41,041 bases of DNA from a virus (Duplodnaviria; Caudoviricetes), in IMG/VR virus record IMGVR_UViG_3300035562_000011, positions 1-41,041 of that record; one strand, 5' to 3'. Both the position numbers and the translations under genes were made by a program. The notes beneath the pieces are model-generated. The model made no database searches. It had not been told where the DNA came from and was given only the letters and a program-made list of their open reading frames with translations. Positions 1 to 7,125 of this stretch are shown in pieces; positions within the stretch are counted from its first letter, which is position 1; each line of letters opens with the position of its first letter.

Positions 1-127
1 TCTTCTATCCAGTCAAAGTATTCTGCGCATGCTGACCACAGCTCATCAGGTGAACCAAATATTGGGTTTCGCCCATGACTACTGCGGGCCTCCCAGAATC
101 GGTTACCCTTCGGTGCTGCCATCTCTC
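1..127 (+). repeat. 127-bp terminal direct repeat (same as 40915-41041), probable circular assembly overlap; holds the duplicated 5' end of terS
   Basis: Same sequence tcttctatcc...gccatctctc at both ends; 127 is a common assembler k-mer; it lies inside a gene. Confidence 0.93.
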
Positions 128-180
128 TATCCTCGTTAACTCATTATCCAGCCCACTCAGTGAATAGGCTGTGTAATTGG

Positions 181-792
181 TTATGCTGTCACGCCTGATG
201 CTTTCACGGCAGCCAGCAAAGCGTTGTACTTAGCTGACAGAGTGGCAAAGTCATTCTTGATTGCCGTGATAGCCGCATTGGTTGACGTCAGTGATGCAGC
301 CGTAGCGTCAGTTGTTGCCGCGGTTGCTGCTGGTACGGCCGCAACTGTATTTCCGCCAGATGTGCCACCGGATGAGTCGGTGAGCGCGGTAATTGCTGCC
401 TGCTGAAGTACGCCTCCGCGATCTGTAGTCGTTGGCTCTTTGTTCCCTGCCATCGCTGTAGTTGCGGTAGTACCGATTACTGGTGCGAATGTTGACGGCT
501 TGCCAGTTACAGAGCCCCATGCGATCGGCGTGCTTGTTGCAGTGTACTGAGCTTCGAATGCTGTTTTGGTCATGTACAGCAGCTCACCGTACTGACTCTG
601 GAATACGTACCCTGTTACTGCCGGCTTAAACGTCGACATGAACAAAGCAGACAGATACTGGTCAGGATATGGCCCATCAAAGGTTGCTACTGCTGAGCCA
701 TCCACAGCCTGCGTCAGGGTCTTAATTGGTAAGCCACGAACAAATGCGCCGCTGGCATCTGAATATGTTGGCCACGGTTGAGTGATCATCAT
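181..792 (-). CDS. dec: Capsid decoration protein (phage L Dec-like N-terminus) with head-fibre-like C-terminal extension
   Basis: WPTYSDASG..LPIK..DGSA.A.FDGPY.DQY.SA..FKP.V.GY.F.SQYGELLYM.KTAFEA.Y matches recalled phage L Dec; position just upstream of terS. Confidence 0.8.
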   Translation of the reverse strand: MMITQPWPTYSDASGAFVRGLPIKTLTQAVDGSAVATFDGPYPDQYLSALFMSTFKPAVTGYVFQSQYGELLYMTKTAFEAQYTATSTPIAWGSVTGKPSTFAPVIGTTATTAMAGNKEPTTTDRGGVLQQAAITALTDSSGGTSGGNTVAAVPAATAATTDATAASLTSTNAAITAIKNDFATLSAKYNALLAAVKASGVTA

Positions 793-805
793 CTATCTCC
801 TGTTC

Positions 806-1039
806 TTATTGGAAAAGCGCCATCGCTTCAGTGGCGATTTGAATTGCCTTGTCTGTTCTGGCTACAACTCCGGTCTCACCCGTTGCAAGCGTGTATCCGT
901 CAGTGAACAGTTCCAGCTTTAGCTTATCGCCTGCGACAAATGCGATTGCTTTTTTGGCTGCAGCCGTGTCGCGCATTACAAGACGATAGATGGACAAGTT
1001 CATCTCATTAATTTCTGTAACCTGGATAATTTCTGCCAT
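806..1039 (-). CDS. DUF2560-family protein (P22 orf80-like)
   Basis: MAEII..T...L.IY.LVM...AAA..A..F...D.LKLELF pattern; syntenic between Rz and terS. Confidence 0.75.
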   Translation of the reverse strand: MAEIIQVTEINEMNLSIYRLVMRDTAAAKKAIAFVAGDKLKLELFTDGYTLATGETGVVARTDKAIQIATEAMALFQ

Positions 1040-1294
1040 ATTTGGAATATCCTGCTGGGTTGTTATGTATCAGCCCGGACATCCTTGATACGGACTACGC
1101 ATTAAACTTATATAAAACTCTGTAAATAGCACCCGAAACCACGATTTGCGGAGTTTTATAAATGCTGTCTTTCCCGCTGTCCGCCATCGCAAAAAATCTA
1201 TTTAGCCGGTTGTAGGCTGGAGGTTCATCTCTCGATGGCTGCCGCTGTTATTAGCCCCACCTGCGACTGGGGTGTGCTACTGAAATATGAAGAT

Positions 1295-1750
1295 TCATTT
1301 AAGGCACTGCTGCCGGATGTAGTCCTGCAAATACTTCACTTGCCCTGTCACTGTTTCGTTTGCGGTTCTGAGGCGCCAATAATCCCGCTCAGCATCTGGG
1401 TTAAGTCCGGGGGTGGAAGCATCGCCCATGCTGCCGGAGGTGGCGGTGTTACTTTTGCAGGTAGCGTTGAGCTGCAACCGACGCTTGCCAGTAGTAACAT
1501 CGCGCTCAAGCTGATTGATAGTTTCCTGAGCATCGGCGAGTTCCTGCGTATATTTTGTGTCGAGAGCTGCAACGTCACGCTGGCGAGTCTGCATGTCTTT
1601 AACCGTTAACTGCGATAGCTTTAGCTCATTCTCTGCTAACAGGGCGCGGTCATAGTTGCTGCGGGCTATCTTCGCAGTGACGACAAGTAGTGCAATGAGC
1701 ATTGCGGCTACGATGACTCGCCAGTGTTCGGCTATGGCTTTCCATATCAT
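1295..1750 (-). CDS. Rz: Rz inner-membrane spanin
   Basis: N-terminal TM segment; QRDVAALDTKYTQELADA and LQDYIRQQC motifs; follows the endolysin. Confidence 0.93.
   Translation of the reverse strand: MIWKAIAEHWRVIVAAMLIALLVVTAKIARSNYDRALLAENELKLSQLTVKDMQTRQRDVAALDTKYTQELADAQETINQLERDVTTGKRRLQLNATCKSNTATSGSMGDASTPGLNPDAERDYWRLRTANETVTGQVKYLQDYIRQQCLK
1348..1533 (-). CDS. Rz1: Rz1 outer-membrane spanin lipoprotein embedded in Rz
   Basis: MLRKL...ASVGC lipobox then Pro-rich PPPPAAWAMLPPPD, in an alternate frame of Rz; ATG at 1533. Confidence 0.92.
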   Translation of the reverse strand: MLRKLSISLSAMLLLASVGCSSTLPAKVTPPPPAAWAMLPPPDLTQMLSGIIGASEPQTKQ

Positions 1751-2187
1751 GACAGGAACAGAGATTTCTCTGCCTCACGCCTCCGCGTCAGTCCCGCCAA
1801 CTCTTTACCGCCAGCCTTGTTCCACTTTGGAAATTCCGCAGCCGCCCCAGCATAGTCACCGGCATTCAGCTTCTTCAGCAGAGTCGAACCTTTCAGCGCA
1901 TTGACGCCAAGGTTGTATGCGAAATCTACCAGGGAATCGAACTGGTTTTGATTAACCGCCACGGTCACCAGATTAGTTACGCCCTTCTCGTACTGAGAAA
2001 CACCCTCAGCAAGCAGGATGTTGGCTTTCTGCTGCGTGATAGTCATGCCTTTTGCAACAGGCTTACCATCCACTGGCTGAGTCCATCCGTAGCCGATCGT
2101 CCAGACGCCGACGCTGTCCTGATACGCCTGTAGCTTGCATCCTTCAAACTGCTTGATGAGGGTGATACCGTTATTGCTGATTTGCAT
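1747..2187 (-). CDS. Endolysin, GH24 lysozyme (P22 gp19-like)
   Basis: FEG..L.AYQDSVGVWTIGYG catalytic motif; GLTRRREAE C-terminus. Confidence 0.96.
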   Translation of the reverse strand: MQISNNGITLIKQFEGCKLQAYQDSVGVWTIGYGWTQPVDGKPVAKGMTITQQKANILLAEGVSQYEKGVTNLVTVAVNQNQFDSLVDFAYNLGVNALKGSTLLKKLNAGDYAGAAAEFPKWNKAGGKELAGLTRRREAEKSLFLS

Positions 2188-2491
2188 TTCTGATACCCGT
2201 GATTCGTTCCCAGAAGAAGCTGAGCGCCACGCTACCCATTGTCCCGGACATTCCGGATACTACGAGCACGTAGTAGATACTCAGGCCCGATTCGATGCTG
2301 ATAAGCCCACCAATCAGCCCGGCAAATCCAGATACAGCAACCTGAGCGAAAGCAGCCACCCAGCTCCATGCAGTTTTATTTGTTTTGGTGTCGATGATGT
2401 ACTTCACAAAGCCGCCATAAATAGACATTGCAGCTATGAGCACCCACACGAGCAACCCATATGAGCCGGGGTCTTTATTTGGCATACGCAT
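2171..2491 (-). CDS. Holin with dual start Met-Arg-Met (starts at 2491 and 2485)
   Basis: Hydrophobic segments, GAGGTG RBS before MRMPNKD, overlaps the lysozyme start; ORF-track start at 2560 is probably too far upstream. Confidence 0.88.
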   Translation of the reverse strand: MRMPNKDPGSYGLLVWVLIAAMSIYGGFVKYIIDTKTNKTAWSWVAAFAQVAVSGFAGLIGGLISIESGLSIYYVLVVSGMSGTMGSVALSFFWERITGIRNANQQ

Positions 2492-2619
2492 TTCTCTCAC
2501 CTCGCCAGTTTGCGGGTGCTGTTCTGTGTAGTTGGGAAAGCGCCACTCATGCCACGGCACGTTATCTATGAGTGAAAGTGATTGATGGATGACTGGCGCT
2601 AAATGGGAAGAAATACTTC

Positions 2620-2647
2620 TTGTGCATAATCATTTTTTGATTATACT
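2620..2647 (+). promoter_or_regulatory. acr-aca promoter (TTGTGC-16-TATACT) containing inverted repeat ATAATCA-N5-TGATTAT (2626-2644), putative Aca operator
   Basis: Read directly; palindrome fills the -35/-10 spacer; RBS GAGG at 2668-2671. Confidence 0.7.
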
Positions 2648-2679
2648 ATTAATATCGAAAACACATTGAGGAAATAGAA

Positions 2680-3147
2680 ATGAAACTCTTCCACGGTTCA
2701 TACAGCAAGACTGCACCGGCTATCAAAATCGGTGAGTTTGCTATGTCCGGTGACAATGTGTTTGATGGGATATTTGCTTGTGCTGATGCTGATGTGGCTG
2801 GCTCACATGGCGACTTTGTTCATGCATATAACGTGAGCAACATCGCTGATAACGCAGCCTTAAACTCTCGCATTGATGAAGTTGTGACTTTCCTGGCATC
2901 AGAAATTGAAGCTGACGAAGAAACTATCAACTCACTGGCTAACGCAATTGCTGATGATGAATGTGACGCAGAATATGCCGACTACCTCACTCCCCGATCT
3001 TGCGCTGACGAATTCGCCGCAGCTTCATGGGAAATGCAGCGTTTGCGTGGCCGCGTGGCCGCCCATCTCGGTTTTGATGCCGTTGAAATGGAAGATGAGC
3101 ACGGAACCAGCTATTTAATCGTAAACCCACAAATCATTGCGGAGTAA
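2680..3147 (+). CDS. acrIF11: AcrIF11-family anti-CRISPR ADP-ribosyltransferase
   Basis: LFHGSY, VF.G.F, SHG, WE.QRLRG..A..LG...VEMEDEHGT motifs match recalled AcrIF11; acidic; followed by an aca-like HTH gene. Confidence 0.88.
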   Translation: MKLFHGSYSKTAPAIKIGEFAMSGDNVFDGIFACADADVAGSHGDFVHAYNVSNIADNAALNSRIDEVVTFLASEIEADEETINSLANAIADDECDAEYADYLTPRSCADEFAAASWEMQRLRGRVAAHLGFDAVEMEDEHGTSYLIVNPQIIAE

Positions 3148-3151
3148 AGAT

Positions 3152-3322
3152 ATGAGCCTCACCGACTACATCAACCTGCACTTCGCTGGCAATAAAGCCG
3201 AGTTCGCCCGACGCATGGAGGTTCTACCGCAGCAGGTAACAAAATGGATTAACGATGACTGGATTGTTGTCGGCCACATTCTTTACAGCCCGCGCCGTTC
3301 CGTTCCTGAGAATGGGGCGTGA
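3152..3322 (+). CDS. aca5: Anti-CRISPR-associated HTH repressor, Aca5-like (56 aa)
   Basis: MSLTDYI...FAGNKAEFAR.M.V..Q.V.KWI...W resembles recalled Aca5; GGAG RBS; directly after the acr gene. Confidence 0.78.
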   Translation: MSLTDYINLHFAGNKAEFARRMEVLPQQVTKWINDDWIVVGHILYSPRRSVPENGA

Positions 3323-3333
3323 TCCAGAAATGC

Positions 3334-3366
3334 AAAAGGCCCCGCATTAGCGAGGCCTCTTAATTT
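3334..3366. terminator. tR' terminator (minus strand), probably bidirectional and also ending acr-aca
   Basis: AGGCCCCGC/GCGAGGCCT hairpin with an A-tract on the left and a T-rich stretch on the right. Confidence 0.75.
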
Positions 3367-3410
3367 GGTAGCTACGTAAATAAGTCACACATACGGCAGC
3401 TTACCTTGTA

Positions 3411-3439
3411 ATAGTGGCTCATTGGCTCAAACGAGTCAA
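3411..3439 (-). promoter_or_regulatory. Late promoter pR' with Q-binding direct repeats
   Basis: TTGACT-17-CACTAT with tandem TGAGCCA repeats in the spacer, like the phage 21 Q-binding element. Confidence 0.75.
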
Positions 3440-3934
3440 CCAGTTATTTGATATTTCTCTCACGTTAGCAACACGTTTTCGCTCGTTAAGTGCAGGTTTG
3501 AGCTTTTGGAATATCATCCACTGAGAAGCAGACAGTATTTGGTCAATTTCTCTTCGACATGTGACAAGTGATGGCGGCCTGATTGATTCGCCTCCCCTGC
3601 CTGACATTTTGCGGGGAATTGCGCACTTGTGGTAGTAAGCTGCAATTGCTCGCTTGGATGACAGGTGAACATAGTAGCTAAGAAGAATACCAAACGCTTT
3701 TTTATCAATGCACATGACGGAATCTACGACCTGAGAAATCAACATTCCGTCATCGTCATTGCACATTGGTCTGTCTGGATAGCGCTGTGGTTCTACTGTC
3801 GCCATGTACTGAGCTATAACGCTGCTCATGCGCTTTTCCAGTCTTCCGCTATAAACCCATGCCCCCCACTGCTCTAACCAGCTATCCAGCCAATCAGCTT
3901 GCTCTTTTGTCAGGCTTAGCTCTGTAACCTTCAT
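3419..3934 (-). CDS. Q: Late antiterminator Q, phage 21 type
   Basis: WGAWVYSGRLEKRMSSVIA and PMCNDDDGMLISQVVDSVM; ATGA overlap with ninG gives a start at 3934. Confidence 0.92.
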   Translation of the reverse strand: MKVTELSLTKEQADWLDSWLEQWGAWVYSGRLEKRMSSVIAQYMATVEPQRYPDRPMCNDDDGMLISQVVDSVMCIDKKAFGILLSYYVHLSSKRAIAAYYHKCAIPRKMSGRGGESIRPPSLVTCRREIDQILSASQWMIFQKLKPALNERKRVANVREISNNWLTRLSQ

Positions 3935-4539
3935 GCTGCTTGCTCCCGTTGCTTTAAAAGTTGTCGAGTCTTTTCCCGATAAAGCTTCGCAAGTTCCTGC
4001 AATTCCTCTCGCGTCCATTTGATTACGGGATGCGGCCCCATCAGGCGGTCGAAAGCTTCCTGCCCGATTTTTTCAATCAGCCGTGGCGTGTAGTTTTCGA
4101 TATTCCCGGACAGGTGCTGATTGCACGGAACACATTGCTTGTGGCAATTGGTTTCGTCGTAGCGAGTGGCGGGCGATGCGCCACGGGTTCGGTAGTGACC
4201 TGCGTCATACTTTCCTTCGTGATAGCGACCACAGCTAATGCATGGCTCTGCGATATCACGGGTTCGAATGTATTCGTTGAAGGCGGCTTGAGTTTGTTTG
4301 TGGAAGTGACTGAGGGGCTGTACTGCTAACTTGCGGACTTTTAAACTTCGTCGTTCCTGTTGGGCCTCATCCTTTCGCCGTCGCTCTGCTTTCTGTATCG
4401 CGCTCTGACGGTCTTTCTCTCTCTTGGCTAGTGCTATTACGGTTCCACACTCTGCGCTACACCAGGTTTGATTTGAGAAGGCTGGATGAAACCATTCCCG
4501 GCACTCAGGATTCTTACACCGCTTTCTGGGCTTCCTCAT
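3931..4539 (-). CDS. ninG: NinG/Rap recombination endonuclease
   Basis: RKRCKN.EC.EWF, PCISCG, DAGHYR, CHKQC..CN motifs. Confidence 0.93.
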   Translation of the reverse strand: MRKPRKRCKNPECREWFHPAFSNQTWCSAECGTVIALAKREKDRQSAIQKAERRRKDEAQQERRSLKVRKLAVQPLSHFHKQTQAAFNEYIRTRDIAEPCISCGRYHEGKYDAGHYRTRGASPATRYDETNCHKQCVPCNQHLSGNIENYTPRLIEKIGQEAFDRLMGPHPVIKWTREELQELAKLYREKTRQLLKQREQAA

Positions 4540-4699
4540 CGCTATCTCCATTCGGTTTAGTTTCTACATACGCCTCATGAGCGCACTCATCACAAAAATA
4601 CGTCTCGCCATTTAACGACTTCGTACACTGAGCGCAATATCCTGCTGCTGCATTACTGTTGCGCTGGTAGGTGATGACTTGTTGCGGCGTCATAGTCAT
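4514..4699 (-). CDS. ninF: NinF-like protein
   Basis: CxxC...CxxC with acidic tail, immediately upstream of ninG. Confidence 0.7.
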   Translation of the reverse strand: MTMTPQQVITYQRNSNAAAGYCAQCTKSLNGETYFCDECAHEAYVETKPNGDSDEEAQKAV

Positions 4700-4905
4700 C
4701 TTGGAACCTCAACCTCTGCACCAGAATCAATCAGCAGTGCGCGGTGTAGACGTTGAAATGCGACCTCCAGCTCTCGCTTTGCTGACATGACGACATACTC
4801 CTTTCCTGACTCGTTGTAGGTTTCGTGTTTGGCTAATTCCTTTTGCGCTTGTGACAGGCTCCACTTAGCTGCTTCAAGCTCATCTTTCACGGTTGATAGC
4901 GTCAT
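4696..4905 (-). CDS. Hypothetical nin-region protein (69 aa)
   Basis: ATGA coupling to the ninE stop and to the ninF start. Confidence 0.6.
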   Translation of the reverse strand: MTLSTVKDELEAAKWSLSQAQKELAKHETYNESGKEYVVMSAKRELEVAFQRLHRALLIDSGAEVEVPR

Positions 4906-5078
4906 GCTCTTGTCCTTCTCATGCGGTCCCATTTAGCGCGCAAGAGTCCGTAGACATAATCGAATGTCTGAACCTGGCTTTCTGTTGGGATTGGCTTTGG
5001 TTTATTGCGGGAGCGTTTGGTGGGCTTGAATATCGATGCATCCATTACGGCTACTATGCTGCTCTTTCGCAGGCGCAT
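4902..5078 (-). CDS. ninE: NinE-like protein (58 aa, absent from the ORF track)
   Basis: Manual translation MRLRKSSIVAVMDASIFKPTKRSRNKPKPIPTESQVQTFDYVYGLLRAKWDRMRRTRA; GGAGG RBS. Confidence 0.85.
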   Translation of the reverse strand: MRLRKSSIVAVMDASIFKPTKRSRNKPKPIPTESQVQTFDYVYGLLRAKWDRMRRTRA

Positions 5079-5617
5079 GCCTCCCTCCCTGCTATTACGG
5101 CCCCGTATTCCATCAGCAAATCACGCTCTACAAAGCTGACATTGCATACGCCCAGCATGTGCGGATTCCAGATCAGAAGCATTGAACCTTTGTTATTACC
5201 GTTCACTGGTTTGCCGGTGTCAGCTCGGACAAAAGAAAGGCGACCACCAGTGATAAAGCGGATTTCACTGCAGGTGCGCTTTGCCTCATTGAACCAGCCA
5301 ACCGATGTATCTGCAGGAACCAACATCACCGCGCCATGCTCATCGCTATCTATCTGTGATGCTTTGCGCACCCATGGTGTGATGTCACTGTAGGGCGGGT
5401 TAATCCAGATATAACCAGGCGGGAAATAAATGTCCCATTCGGTTTCCAGTGCGTTTTGCTCTTCAGTCAGATAGAGCGGAAAGAGATGATTTGCAACGCT
5501 GGCGGCCGCATCCCCAACAAAGTGAAATTCCTTGTTTAGCGCGGCGGCTATCTCTGGCGGTGTTCGCCATAAATTACGAATGTCGATCGGAGTGTTACTG
5601 CCTGTGAAATCGGTCAT
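5054..5617 (-). CDS. dam: Phage DNA N6-adenine methyltransferase (phage Dam family)
   Basis: WRTPP, DAAAS..N, WINPPYS, VMLVPADTSVGWF, GRLSF motifs. Confidence 0.92.
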   Translation of the reverse strand: MTDFTGSNTPIDIRNLWRTPPEIAAALNKEFHFVGDAAASVANHLFPLYLTEEQNALETEWDIYFPPGYIWINPPYSDITPWVRKASQIDSDEHGAVMLVPADTSVGWFNEAKRTCSEIRFITGGRLSFVRADTGKPVNGNNKGSMLLIWNPHMLGVCNVSFVERDLLMEYGAVIAGREACACERAA

Positions 5618-6063
5618 GCCGCTCTCCTTCGTTTATCGCCAAAGCGCTGCTCAAGCTCTTCAGCAAGCCTTGTTTCTTCACTCCATTTAACGTCACGCTC
5701 AGATCCGAACGCATAAGCACACTCAATTACATCGACCATTTCGCGGATTGTCATTTTGCTGGTAGAAAGCCCCAACACTACGAAACCGCCATTGATGCCC
5801 GGAACTGTTTTCTGGCCCTTCAGCGCGGCGGTAATCACGTGCTTCCACTCTTCAGGCGTCAGCCAGTTGGCGTACCACTCAACCTGTTTTGAAATGTCAG
5901 TCAGCATCGCCCACATTTTGTCGTTCTGGGCAATGGTACGAGTCATTTCGGTGATGGTGATAACGAGAGGTCGGTGTAGGTCGGTAGGTAGGTCGCGGAT
6001 TATCTGGATGACGTTTTGTTTCTGCGTATCAGTCCGCAGGTAATACTTTGGTTTTTTGCTCAC
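5614..6063 (-). CDS. ninB: NinB/Orf recombination mediator
   Basis: RT..QN.KMWAML.DISKQV.W, WKH..TAAL, G.STSKM motifs. Confidence 0.92.
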   Translation of the reverse strand: MSKKPKYYLRTDTQKQNVIQIIRDLPTDLHRPLVITITEMTRTIAQNDKMWAMLTDISKQVEWYANWLTPEEWKHVITAALKGQKTVPGINGGFVVLGLSTSKMTIREMVDVIECAYAFGSERDVKWSEETRLAEELEQRFGDKRRRAA

Positions 6064-6214
6064 TGTTCACCTCGATAGCTTTCTCCAGACACGACAGCGC
6101 CGCCTCAACGATTTCTCGCTGATGGTTGCTTAGTCCTGTTTCGTGGAGAGAGTCGATTAAATCAAAAGCGCGGCGGGTATAGTCAGGTCGTAGTTGGTGG
6201 ATTGTGGCTGTCAT
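6029..6214 (-). CDS. Hypothetical protein (MTATIHQL..., 61 aa)
   Basis: Distal part of the 6029..6481 ORF, purine-rich RBS before ATG 6214. Confidence 0.55.
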   Translation of the reverse strand: MTATIHQLRPDYTRRAFDLIDSLHETGLSNHQREIVEAALSCLEKAIEVNSEQKTKVLPAD

Positions 6215-6222
6215 GTATGCCC

Positions 6223-6342
6223 CTATCCCTTCTTGCTGCCAAATATTGAACACAGAGCCAGCATTCCTGCAGCCATAATCAACAGGCCAAACACTGTTTC
6301 TGCAAGCATAAATAACAGACCTATGAACATGTCGTAGGACAT
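6223..6342 (-). CDS. Small hydrophobic membrane peptide (39 aa, absent from the ORF track)
   Basis: GGAGG RBS; MSYDMFIGLLFMLAETVFGLLIMAAGMLALCSIFGSKKG; tiles the gap between neighbours. Confidence 0.55.
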   Translation of the reverse strand: MSYDMFIGLLFMLAETVFGLLIMAAGMLALCSIFGSKKG

Positions 6343-6506
6343 GATTCCTCCAGTTGTGCGCGGGCCAGCCATCCAACCCACACAGTTGCTGTATAGGCAA
6401 ACACATACCCTCCCCGCCTATCTTTCTCAATTCTATGCCCCTTGCTCTCACACCACGCTTCAAACTTCGCCCGCTCTTCATCAGGCTTTAGTGATTTGTT
6501 TGTCAT
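6321..6506 (-). CDS. Hypothetical nin-region protein
   Basis: GGAGG RBS; ERAKFEAW...W.GWLARA pattern common in lambdoid nin regions. Confidence 0.65.
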   Translation of the reverse strand: MTNKSLKPDEERAKFEAWCESKGHRIEKDRRGGYVFAYTATVWVGWLARAQLEESCPTTCS

Positions 6507-6575
6507 AAATCCTCCATAAAATTAAGGCCCGCGGTTTGCGAGCTTGTTATTCGATTTCCGTTAATGAGTTAATGG

Positions 6576-6851
6576 TCACTGCCAGCACTCCTCATTGTTG
6601 CGCTGCGGCCATGTCAGCCAGATGCATTCGTAAACGAACGGGATAAACTCGTTGAAAAATGCTCCCCATTGTTCCTGTGCAAATCCGGTAGCATTATCGA
6701 CCATTGCTTCTAGCGGTGAGCGGCGTACCGGTGGGCGGCTAATCCCGCATAGCCGTTCGAACTGGACGATTAGCTCTTCTTCTTCGAGGCATTTATCCAG
6801 AACTGCTGCAAAGCGCGGATTGGTCAGTAGCTCCTGCATTGATTCTGTCAC
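6576..6851 (-). CDS. Hypothetical protein (91 aa)
   Basis: GTGA coupling to the upstream gene, GAGG RBS. Confidence 0.65.
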   Translation of the reverse strand: MTESMQELLTNPRFAAVLDKCLEEEELIVQFERLCGISRPPVRRSPLEAMVDNATGFAQEQWGAFFNEFIPFVYECIWLTWPQRNNEECWQ

Positions 6852-7123
6852 GCACGCACCTCTCGAAGTAGTTTGTTAAACAGCGCCATTCCCTCGCTCA
6901 TGTGCGTTGCCGGGGCTGAGGCTGGCTCAGTAATTGTTCCAATGGCTGCGTAACGATAGCCATGATGGCTTCCACTTCGTATCAATAGGCCATCCCGAAA
7001 CAGGTTCGATACCTGCGGGCTAACGCAGCTACGAGTGACGCCCATCGCCTCGGCTATTTCATTTACTGATGTATTGGGATTGTTTGAGATGTAGGTGTGT
7101 ATGCGTTGTCTTGTGGTGGTCAT
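6848..7123 (-). CDS. Winged-HTH DNA-binding protein
   Basis: I..YI..NP..SV.EIAEAMGV.RS.V...V..L...G.L pattern. Confidence 0.7.
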   Translation of the reverse strand: MTTTRQRIHTYISNNPNTSVNEIAEAMGVTRSCVSPQVSNLFRDGLLIRSGSHHGYRYAAIGTITEPASAPATHMSEGMALFNKLLREVRA

Positions 7124-7125
7124 GG

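Noticed and set aside
1-127. Terminal repeat as a biological DTR or attL/attR
   Set aside because: Exactly 127 bp, inside terS, and P22-like phages are headful packagers; an assembler overlap explains it better
1235-1609. 124-aa plus-strand ORF
   Set aside because: Antisense shadow of Rz/Rz1, no recognisable motif
2680-3322. Toxin-antitoxin pair or eukaryote-targeting ADP-ribosylating toxin
   Set aside because: No signal peptide; motifs and the downstream Aca-like HTH fit an acr-aca locus better
4893-5393. 166-aa plus-strand ORF
   Set aside because: Antisense to dam and ninE
6029-6481. 150-aa ORF as a single gene
   Set aside because: Its upstream part overlaps two better RBS-supported ORFs; only 6029-6214 is retained
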